This document shows positions 35,218 to 46,279 of a DNA stretch of 64,000 nucleotides, piece by piece. The DNA comes from Mantamonas sphyraenae STR306. Taxonomy: Eukaryota; Protista; CRuMs. The notes under the pieces are model-generated. The model did no database searches. It saw nothing but the letters and a program-made list of their open reading frames with translations, and was not told where the DNA came from. The stretch covers positions 44,276 through 108,275 of the forward strand of contig JAPMXV010000077.1 of assembly GCA_026936335.1 (NCBI GenBank). Direction: 5' to 3'. Positions within the stretch are counted from its first letter, which is position 1. Each line of letters starts with the position of its first letter. The translations under genes were made by a program, and so were the position numbers.

Positions 35218-38200
35218 ATGAGCACAAAGGAAGACAGCAGTGCATTGTGTAGGCGGTTGTTGGACTGTGAGGGTGAAGATGACCAGAGGAAAGCGTTGAA
35301 AGACTGTGGGTTCCACAAGAAGGTCATCGATGCCTTGTTGGAAGAGAATGCGTACGGTGCTGCGCTGGTGCGGCTGTATCAGACGGAGGACGAGTGGATG
35401 GAGCTGCTGGATGATGCTGGGATCAAGCGGGAGGGGGCACGAGGACAGCGGCAGATCGAGCTTTGGGAGACGTTTATTCTGGACTGCGAGACCAAGGCAG
35501 GCATGGCGGTGGTGGAAGACGGGGGAGATGAAGAGGAGGAGGAGGCTGGTAAGTGAGAGGAGAGAGGAGGTTTGGGGGGTGGAAAGGTTGGGGGAGGCGC
35601 TGACACCTGCCCGCGTGCTTGAGCAGAAGGGGCGTCCAGCTCGTCATCGGCAGGGAGTGTCATGGGCATCATGGACTATTCACGTGTGATGCAGATGAGT
35701 GTGGTGCGTGGAGGGGATGTGTCGTCGGCAGGTTCGTCGAGTGGAGGAGGGGCGAAAGGGAAAGTGGGAGTTGCAAAGGAAGGGCAGATTGTGCCACACA
35801 AGCGAAACACGCGGGAGAGGTGTGGATGGGACGAGGGCGGGATGAGCGATGTGCGTGTGCTGCTGCTGGGTTCGGATGGACAGGCACGAGGAAAGGTCAA
35901 GATAAGCTGTGCAGAAGAGCAGAGGGCGGTGGAAGCAGCGCGACGAGTGGGCGGCTTGACAACGAGTGCTGTGGGGGCGGCTGAACAGGTGGACTTTGTG
36001 GCGGAGATTCGTTCATTGAAGGCACCGATGGTACACATCATGACACACATGGGGGTGGCAGTGGTGGAGGGAGAGGATGCCTCTGTGACGAGAAAGACAC
36101 TTGTGGACTCGCTGCGAGAAGCGAGTCCCGTGGCCGTGTTTTTGAACGGATGCAGCAGTGGAGACATGGCCATGGAGATCAATGACCATGTGCCACTGGT
36201 GATTGGGTACACCGAGGCAGTGGACGATCATGCGGCTGTGGACATGGCCAAGGCGTGGTACGAGAACATTGGGAGTGGAGAGACGGTGGGAGAGGCGTTC
36301 CGGGCTATGGTGGACGCAGGAGGGGAGAAAGAAGGGTCAAAGGCACTGTTGTGTCTTTGGCAGGGCATGGAAGACACAGTGTTGGTCAACACGAGTGGAA
36401 ACAAGGCACAGGATGGGTTCTCCAGGAGGCGTGTGGACAATCTGGGCAAAGCACGAGAGCTTGTGCGACGAGAGGAGGTGCTGCGTGAGCTGGAGGAGGC
36501 AGAAGGGGTGGTGGTGGTGTGTGGTGCGAGGGGCATGGGCAAGACAAGCGTAGTGGAGATGCATGCGCAGGAGGTGAAGGAGAAGGGTGGCACGGATGTG
36601 GTGTGGTGGTGTGCGGGACAGAGCAGAGACTTTGGTGAGTGACTTGCTGCAGTTAGGTGTGGCATTGGGCGTATGGAGTGTGGAACAGGTGCAGTCGGCT
36701 GAGAAGGAGGAGGTGCGAGAGGGAATGGCAAAAAGGGTGATGCAGGCGTTGGATGGACAGCGGTGGATGTTGGTGATGGACGGGGTGGAGGCATGGGCGG
36801 ATGTCAAGGCGTTTGTGCACGCAGGAGGTTGTGTGGTGATGACGACATGGCGGGATGGGATATGGGACAAGCGGGTGGTGGACACTGTGGTGAGGGTGGA
36901 TGTGATGCATGATGATGAGGTGGATGCCGTGTTTGCGAGTGAGGGTGTGGTGGTGGATGGGAAGGAGGAGGAGGAGGCGTATGGGGAGCTGAAGAGGATG
37001 CTGGATGGGATGGCATTGGCTGTGCGACAGGCAGCGGCAGTGATTGGAGAGTGGGGACAAGGTGGATCGGTGCAGAAGTACGTGAAGCGACTGGGACGTA
37101 GTCTGAGGCAGCTGGGGAAGGAGGTGGAGAGCGATGTGTACAGTGGAACAGCGCTGAGTGTGTGGCAGATTGCGATGGAAGAGGCATCGGAGAGGAACGA
37201 GCATGCAGCAAGGTTGATGCAGAGCATGGCGCTGTTGGATGGACAAAATCTGCCAAAGAGGCTGCTGGTGACTCTGATGGAGCAGATTGCGGGTGTGGAC
37301 GACAAGGAAGAGGCAGAGGAAATGGCAGAGGAGGCATTGGAGGCATTACAGAGAGTGTCGCTGGTGCAGCGGGTGGTGGGGCAGGAAAGGAGTGGGTGGA
37401 AGGTGCATGGGCTGACGCAGGTGATGGCAAGGGGAGGACAGGTGGTGGTGTTGGATGGAGAGGGAGGTGAAGAAAGGGTGGTGGGTCTGAAGCAGGTGTT
37501 GAAGATGATGCAGAAGGAGTTTGCTTTCGATTCGAGTGAGCCGCTGGACGAACTTGCATGGCACAGGAGAATGCTGGTGCATGGTGAATCTGTGTGGAAT
37601 GCATGTCACGAGGTGTGCGCACGCAGAAGGGATGTGGAGGACATGTGCTGGGTGGGACAGAACGTGGCGGATGTGCATGACTGGATGGGGTCTTTCGGAG
37701 CCGCAGAGGGGTGGATTGAGGAGGTGATGAGAGTGCAGAAGGAAGCTGGGGAGGGGGAAGAGAGCAAAGGTTGGGCAAGGAGTCTGTTTCTGACTGCCGC
37801 GATTGCATTGGCCAAAGGAGAGTACGCTCGGGCACTGCAGCTGCAGGAGCAGGCACTGGGAATCAGGCGACGGGTGCATGGTGGGGATGAGCACCCTGAT
37901 GTGGCATTGAGCATCCACAACATGGGACAGGTGTACCATGCCAAGGGAGAGTACGATCGGGCACTGGAGCAGTATGAGCAGGCACTGGGGATCAGGCGAC
38001 GGGTGCATGGTGGGGATGAGCACCCGAGTGTGGCCACGAGCATCCACAACATGGCCATGGTGTACGAAGCCAAGGGAGAGTACGATCGGGCCCTGGAGCT
38101 GTTTGAACAGGCACTGGGGATCGAGCGACGGGTGCATGGTGGGGATGAGCACCCGGATGTGGCATCGAGCATCAACAACATGGCCATGGTGTACGAAGCC

Positions 38201-41200
38201 AAGGGAGAGTACGATCGGGCCCTGGAGCTGTTTGAACAGGCACTGGGGATCAGGCGACGGGTGCATGGTGGGGATGAGCACCCGGATGTGGCATCGAGCA
38301 TCCACAACATGGCTGGGGTGTACGATGCCAAGGGAGAGTACGATCGGGCACTGGAGCTGTATGAGAAGGCACTGGGGATCTGGCGACGGGTGCATGGTGG
38401 GGATGAGCACCCGGATGTGGCATCGAGCATCCACAACATGGCCATGGTGTACGAAGCCAAGGGAGAGTACGATCGGGCACTGGAGCTGTATGAGAAGGCA
38501 CTGGGGATCAGGCGACGGGTGCATGGTGGGGATGAGCACCCGAGTGTGGCCACGAGCATCCACAACATGGCCATGGTGTACGAAGCCAAGGGAGAGTACG
38601 ATCGGGCCCTGGAGCTGTTTGAACAGGCACTGGGGATCGAGCGACGGGTGCATGGTGGGGATGAGCACCCGGATGTGGCATCGAGCATCAACAACATGGC
38701 CATGGTGTACGAAGCCAAGGGAGAGTACGATCGGGCCCTGGAGCTGTATGAGAAGGCACTGGGGATCAGGCGACGGGTGCATGGTGGGGATGAGCACCCG
38801 AGTGTGGCCACGAGCATCCACAACATGGCCATGGTGTACGATGCCAAGGGAGAGTACGATCGGGCACTGGAGCTGTATGAGAAGGCACTGGGGATCGAGC
38901 GACGGGTGCATGGTGGGGATGAGCACCCGGATGTGGCTACGAGCATCCACAACATGGCTGGGGTGTACGATTCCAAGGGAGAGTACGATCGGGCACTGGA
39001 GCTGTATGAGAAGGCACTGGGGATCAGGCGACGGGTGCATGGTGGGGATGAGCACCCGGATGTGGCCACGAGCATCAACAATATGGCTGGGGCGTACCAT
39101 GCCAAGGGAGAGTACGATCAGGCACTGGAGCTGTATGATCAGGCACTGGAGATGAAGCGACGGGTGCATGGTGGCGATGAGCACCCGGATGTGGCATCGA
39201 GCATCCACAACATGGCTGGGGTGTACGATGCCAAGGGAGAGTACGATCGGGCACTGGAGCTGTATGAGAAGGCACTGGGGATCAGGCGACGGGTGCATGG
39301 TGGGGATGAGCACCCGGATGTGGCCACGAGCATCCACAACATGGCTGAGGTGTACAAGGCCAAGGGAGAGTACGATCGGGCACTGGAGCTGTATGAGCAG
39401 GCACTGGGGATCAGGCGACGGGTGCATGGTGGGGATGAGCACCCAGATGTCGCCACGAGCATCAACAATATGGCTGGGGTGTTCCATGCCAAGGGAGAGT
39501 ACGATCGGGCACTGGAGCTGCATGATCAGGCACTGGTGATCAGACGACGGTTGCATGGTGGGGATGAGCACCCGGATGTGACCACGAGCATCAGCAACAT
39601 GGCTGGGGTGTACAAGGCCAAGGGAGAGTACGATCGGGCACTGGAGCTGCATGAGCAGGCACTGGAGATCACGCGACAGGTGCATGGTGGGGATGAGCAC
39701 CCTTCAGTGGCCACGAGCATCAACAACATGGCTGGGGTGTACAAAGCCAAGGGAGAGTACGATCGGGCACTGGAGCTGCATGAGCAGGCACTGGGGATCT
39801 GGCGACGGGTGTATGGTGGGGATGAGCACCAGAATGTGGCATCGAGCATCCACAACATGGCTGGGGTGTACGATTCCAAGGGAAAGTACGATCGGGCACT
39901 GGAGCTGTATGAGCAGGCACTGGAGATCACGCGACAGGTGCATGGTGGGGATGAGCACCCTTCAGTGGCCACGAGCATCAACAACATGGCTGGGGTGTAC
40001 AAAGCCAAGGGAGAGTACGATCGGGCACTGGAGCTGCATGAGCAGGCACTGGAGATCGACCGACGGGTGCATGGTGGAGATGAGCACCCGGATGTGGCCA
40101 CGAGCATCAACAACATGGCTGGGGTGTACAAAGCCAAGGGAGAGTACGATCGGGCACTGGAGCTGCATGAGCAGGCACTGGGGATCGGGCGACGGGTGCA
40201 TGGTGGAGATGAGCACCCTAGTGTGGCCACGAGCATCCACAACATGGCTAGTGTGTACAAAGCCAAGGGAGAGTACGATCGGGCACTGGAGCTGCATGAG
40301 CAGGCACTGGGGATCAGGCGACGGGTGCATGGTGGGGATGAGCACCCGAGTGTGGCCACGAGCATCCACAACATGGCTAGTGTGTACAAATCCAAGGGAG
40401 AGTACGATCGGGCACTGGAGCTGTATGAGAAGGCACTGGGGATCGCGCGACGGGTGCATGGTGGGGATGAGCACCCGGATGTGGCCACGAGCATCCACAA
40501 CATGGCTGAGGTGTACCAGGACAAGGGAGAGTACGATCGGGCACTGGAGCTGTATGAACAGGCACTGGGGATCAGGCGACGGGTGCATGGTGGGGATGAG
40601 CACCCGGATGTGGCCACGAGCATCAACAACATGGCTGCGGTGTACAATGCCAATGGAGAGTACGATCGGGCACTGGAGCTGCATGAGCAGGCACTGGGGA
40701 TCTGGCGACGGGTGCATGGTGGGGATGAGCACCCGGATGTGGCCACGAGCATCAAGAACATGGCTGGGGTGTACATTGCCAAGGAAGAGTACGACACTGC
40801 TCTGCAACTGTTGCTTGTGGTTGAAGCACTTCAAACTGCTCTTCTTCCACGCAACCATCCAGGTCTTAGTAACACAATATCAGCTCTCTTTGACCTGAAC
40901 CAGCTTAACACAGCGCGCATGAGTGACGCTGAGGGCACCCTCCGATCCATCCGCTCAAAGAAGAGTGTTCGATTCACGCTGGCCAATCATGCCTTGTCCC
41001 TAGCCCAGCTCAGCGCAGGGGACCCCAATTCTGCGTTGGCCACTCACAGCAGAGTGGTTGCGGACATACAACGTCGCCAATCCTCCTCCTCCTCCTCCTC
41101 CTCGACATGCTCGCTGCCCAAGGTGGTCACTGACTTTGTTCAACGACTCGTAATCACCCATTCCTTCACCCTGCTCACATGTGACCTCCTCCCATTGTGG

Positions 41201-41488
41201 TTTGAGCACGTCTCGGTCGACCAACTCCTATCGTGGACACCAGCCGTCCTCCCTACGTCTCTGAACTCCCTCCTCCAACACATCCCAGATACAATTGCCA
41301 CTGTGGACGCCGCTGAAGCGCTGATTGACTCCCGTGCTCATCTGTATGCACCCTCCCAACACAAGGAACTCATGCACACCCTGGCATCCAAGGCCATGCG
41401 AGCGGGTGACCTAGAACGAGGCAAGCAGCTGGCTTCTTCATCCCAACGAATGCGACGAGGTCAAGAGGATGACAGTGAGGAGTGCTGA
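35218..41488 (+). CDS. NLR-like STAND protein: SAM-like + CHAT (caspase-like) + NB-ARC + 23 TPRs; intron 35549-35626; frameshift at ~36625 as assembled
   Basis: SAM-like: ALLEENAYGAALVRL...LLDDAGIK. CHAT: VHIMTH...VFLNGC...VIGY...AAVDMAKAWY...VGEAF. NB-ARC: Walker A GARGMGKTS, Walker B MLVMDGVE, GMALAV, and MHD-like VHGLTQ. The TPRs are 129-bp units. A phase-1 intron GTAAGT..GCTGAC..GAGCAG joins the first two ORFs. Confidence 0.85.
37814..40780 (+). repeat. Coding tandem array, 23 x 129 bp (43-aa TPR)
   Basis: Unit consensus KGEYDRALELxExALxIxRRVHGGDEHPxVAxSIxNMAxVYxA, counted from the translation. Confidence 0.95.
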
Positions 41489-41741
41489 TGCATGTTGCCT
41501 CTAATGCATCCTCTCATTTCCTCGTGTTGAGCCGCCGATCTTCACTCTGGGCTGTCGTCGTCCCCGTTGCACTCCCCGCAGGCCAGTGGCGGCCAGTCCA
41601 CAATCCCTGCATGGAAAAGCAGTGCCACCTCAGATGCACTCTGTGCGTAGGTGGCTGGTGGATGGTGAGACGCAGGGACACGATCGCGCTGAATGTGGTC
41701 CCGCATCACGCATCGCCAAATAAAACGGCCTTGTCCCTCGC

Positions 41742-42322
41742 TGAGGCATGTTGTGGACAGGCCTCCACTGGCTCTGCCGGCAGTGCTACGACGACAACGA
41801 TGCCAGTCCCGGGGTGGGTACGAGGGGATGAGAGGAATGCATGAAGAGCGAGCACAGACACGTACACATACTCTGTCCCTTGTTGCGTCCTCTTGCAAAT
41901 CGATCACCGTGTGAGGGAAGGATGTGTTGAAGAGATCAGCCAGCAGCTGCTGAATGGGTCGCTGCAGTGTCCATTCTGGAGTGTGCTGCAGAGAGATAGA
42001 GATGAAAGACACACCAGCATGCACTGCACCCACATCCCACCCCTCCCTCCCTCCCTCCCTCTCCATGCAGACCAGTGCCACCCCACAGACGCACACACAG
42101 GGCCATCACCAGTCACTGCACGCAGTGCATGGCGGCATAGACGACAATAGTCGCCTCTCAACGTGTCGCCACCGCATGTGTGCAATGACCGTCTCACATG
42201 GCCCTGATTCCCGTGCGTCTGTGTGATCACTGGCCCAAACAGGGGGGATTGGTGGGGTGGGGTGGGGTGGGGGCAAGTGGGTGTGTGGAAGGAGGGCGTG
42301 TTTCATCCCCAACCACCACCCA
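41742..42322. repeat. Direct repeat right of the NLR
   Basis: Matches the repeat at 34425-35020. Confidence 0.85.
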
Positions 42323-42979
42323 CTTCACACCCACTTCTATCTCATTCCCATCCCCTTCCAGTTCCTGTTCTCTCCACACTGTGTCATGCATCCTTTCATC
42401 CCCAAACCCTCTCTCCCTCTCCTTCCGTTCCATTCCGTGCTTTTTTCCCCAATCCGATCCAATTCCTGACAAAATCCGTCAACCCCAGCCGCCCTGTACA
42501 GCCGTGTGTCCTTCCCTTGATGCATCCTGCGTTCAGAGACGATGTTCATCGACATTCTACGTCGATTGCAGGTGTTGAAAGATACCCCTTTGTCGCCATG
42601 GACGATCCGCAGGTGGGAACCACGACGACGACGGCGACGACGGTGGAAATCGTCGACCCAAAAGTTGCGGCCGGAAACGTCGACCCCCCTTTTGTCCAAA
42701 CCCCACCGTCCGTCGCAATCCCCTCCACCACGACCCCACACACCCATGTGTTCCAACTCTGGGGATGCCGTGAGTTGTTTTTCCGACGCCGTCGAGTGGG
42801 CACCCATGGGACATGTTTTCTCCGTTTGTGCCTGGCTTGTCTCTGCTGGCGCAGGGCCTTGGCCAACCTTCCACCCAGCTTCCTCAACACCCGTCACAAT
42901 CACCCACACATCATCGATCCACAACCAATCCAAATGGCAAAAGGGGGGCATCCCATATGTACATTCACCCCATGGCGCA

Positions 42980-43674
42980 TCAAATCCCACCCCCACCGTC
43001 TGCCCACCCACCCACATGTCCCTGCCCATGCCACCCTCGTCCACCACCACCACCACCACCACGTCCTCTTCCTCCCCTTTCTCCTCTCCCACGCCCTCTG
43101 CCACCCCCACGCACACTCCCACCGCCACCACCAACCTCCTTGCCACGTGCACCACCACCACCACCACTGGCACTCAACCGTCGCGCGAGATCCACCCACA
43201 CGCCGTGCACAGGACCAAACTGCCGTGCATTGGCCAGGGCTTGCGCCTGCGACAACACCGTCTTTGGCACATACCGTCGTTGCTTGCGGTCATACTGCAG
43301 CACAATGGCCACGTCCACACTCCATGAGGCGCCTCCCTCCTTGTTGCGTCTGCTGTGTTTGCTCTGCAAACACACGGGCACCAGCCACTGCGGACGCAAC
43401 GATTGCAACTCCACCGACTCGCACACCAGCCGCCCCTGCAGCGTGTTGTGCAATCCCATGGCCTCCTTCACCGCCCGTTCCAGCTTCATCCACTGTGTGT
43501 CCCCGTCGTCCAGCTCCTGGAACCGCACCGGAAACCGGCCCATCCGCTCCTCCAGAATGTGCCTCTGCGCCACCCCGTCCGCCTCGAAAAACACAGCGGC
43601 ACGCTTGTCAAACACCAGCTCTGCACGATGGAGTGGCTCACACGCGTCCTCGTCACCCTCATTCGATGATGACC

Positions 43675-43707
<33 letters not shown>

Positions 43708-44909
43708 TCGATGTCGTCGTCTCCTCACCCCTCTCCTTCTCGTACTGTGTGTGCACATCCATCCACTCCACCTCGTGTTTCAACGCCTCTTTGATGCCAT
43801 CGATGTCACCGACGTCGTAGGCGCCGTCAAAGCCCATGTCATCCAACACCTGCGGCGCATCGCGTTCCATCTCCCGCTGGCTGCTCACGCCCACCGCAAA
43901 CACGTCCACCCCCGACCTCTGCGTGCGACGCATCACAAACGACACATACGTCATGTTCAGTTGATCCACAGAGTCCTGGCCACCATTGTCGTTGTTGGTG
44001 GAGGTGGTTGTGCACACCAGACCCGTGTTCAACACCACCCCATTGGCCAGTGCCACACAGCCCTGCTTGCACCTCAACGACAGCATCAGCCTGGCACGCA
44101 GGTAATCACTGATCAGCACACGTTGTTGCTGCCCACCATCATCACCCTGCCCATGCCAACCATCGTCATCCTCGTCATCATCATCATCATCGTCCACATA
44201 CCCAAACACATCCACATCGCCACGTCTCCTCCTGAATGCACGTGCAATCACCTCGTCCAGCACGCCGTCGTCCAGTGCCGCCGCAGGCAGCAGCTGCCTC
44301 GTCAGATCCTTCCTGCGCACAAACTCCTCCCATCCCATCTCCTCCCTGCCCAGTCCCTCCACATACGCATGCAATGCCCCATGTGGCACCAATGCCTCTC
44401 TGCCCCACTTGTATGCCAGTGCCTCCAGCCACCTCACAGGGATCCTTGGCAGCGAGCTCAGTCCCACTCTGCTGCCTTCCCCTCCTCCTCCACGGCCCGT
44501 GTCACACAACTCGCCCAGGGTGGCCAGCCAGTTGCAAAAGAAGGACTGCGAGGTGGTACCCTTGCGATCGTTGGTGGTGGCCACCAGACACCAGATGCGT
44601 GCCAGCCCATGCTGGTCCTCCTCGGCATAAAAGGGCACCACCAGCAATCGATCACGCCCCAACTGCAGCGTCCACGTGTACTCACGACACAGAAATATAA
44701 ACACCTCCCGATCCGAACCCAGCCTGGATGACATTGCCACCTCCTCCTGCACCCGACGTGCAATCGCAGACGGCACAAACATGTGGTCCAGCAGACTGCT
44801 GCTGCTGTGGTGGTGGTTGTGGTGGTTGCTTCTGCTGCTTCTTCTTCTGTTCCTGCTGCTGCTGGGTGCCCCTGTGCCCGTGAATGCCTTGTACCGAATC
44901 ATCCATGCT

Positions 44910-44947
<38 letters not shown>

Positions 44948-45002
44948 ACCCACATCATCCTCATCATCAACAACACCATACCCATCCTCATCATGGTACG
45001 TG

Positions 45003-45035
<33 letters not shown>

Positions 45036-46012
45036 GGAGAATGATACGTAGGATGACGGGAATGACGAGGGTCATGGGGATGGTATGGACGTGGGTCATG
45101 GTTGCCTGTGTGCCAGCGTGTCCCACCAGCACCCCCTCCCCCACCATCCCCACCACCCTCATCATACACCCTCATCCCATGTGTGTTGCTGCTACTGCTG
45201 CTGTTGCTACTTCCATAGTCCCCTTCCTCCCCTGTGCTCGGTCCGAAATCCTCCTCCAGCCTCTGCTGCAGCCGTTGGACCACGTCGTCGATGCTGGCCA
45301 CCGCCTCGGCCGGCCATTCCACACCGCCGCCACCACCACCGCCTCCACTGCCACCACCACCCGCATCCATCATCGTCATCATCGTCGTCGTCGTCACCAC
45401 GTCTGCCACCTCGTCCAATCGACACAGATGCGTGGCACGAAAGTGCTGACTGTGATGGTTGGCTTCGTTGCGTTCGGCCAGCAGACACCAGGCGTGGCCT
45501 GTGAGAGCGTCCCTGTGCACCACCACCACAAGCGCCTCCCTGCTCTCGTGCCTGGCTGCCCACGTGTAATCCTCACACAGACGGGCCAACACACGCTTAA
45601 AGTGGGCCGTGGGATAGTCTGGCACCCGCGTGGGAATCTCCCCCACCAGTTTGGGCGGCACAAAGCACGCATCCAACAGCGTCGTCCGGCTGCGTCGCTG
45701 GTGCAGTCCACCGTCAAACATTTTGTACCCCACATGCCATCCATTCGATGACGACGACGATGACGATGATGATTGTGACCATAATGGCTGTGCCAATGAT
45801 GATGATGGTGAGGAGGAGGAGGCGGAGGAGGAGGACAACGAGGACCCCAATGCCCATCGCTCACCTCCGCCTCCTCCTCCCTGCTGCCCCTTTGCCTCCC
45901 AACCACCACCACCACCACTGCCACCACCACTGCCACCATAACTGCTGCTGTTGCCCACCTGCATGTGTTTCCTCCTGGCTGGTGGCACGTATGCCTTTGC
46001 TGCTGCTGTGAG

Positions 46013-46050
<38 letters not shown>

Positions 46051-46108
46051 TGCCACCACCATCATCCCCACCACCACCACCACGGCGTGGCTGGCCTTGG
46101 CTCCTCAT
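42980..46108 (-). CDS. DUF3825-domain protein with a duplicated N-terminal domain, low-complexity tracts and a C-terminal RGG tail
   Basis: LNTGLV...YVSF...HILEERMGRFP...QWLVPVCL...VDVAIVL...RYVPKTVLSQAQALANARQFGPVHGVWV follows the DUF3825 motif order (FNTGL / HI..RFP / QLLLP / Y..TIL..AY.NAR / W). The tail is RGGGRGRGRGERGGRGRG. The start codon is uncertain. Confidence 0.7.
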
Positions 46109-46279
46109 CTCTCTCTCTCTTTGTTTTCTCTTGTTTTTGCCTGCGCCATGGCACACCACCATACAACTCCCATCACCACCAGGCCATTTGCGTCCTTTAG
46201 TGGTGGTGCGAGTCCCCATTCCCCCCCCTTCCCCCCGTCCCCGCTTTTGTCCCGTCTTCTGTGTTGGTACACGCAGACA

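Noticed and set aside
37814-40780. Diversity-generating retroelement acting on the TPR or LRR codons
   Set aside because: There is no reverse transcriptase and no non-coding template repeat in the window, and the variants recur as shared blocks, which fits recombination better.
34425-42322. LTR retrotransposon (direct repeats around a 6.7-kb interior)
   Set aside because: I see no gag/pol, TG...CA termini, primer-binding site or target-site duplication. The interior is an intron-containing NLR.
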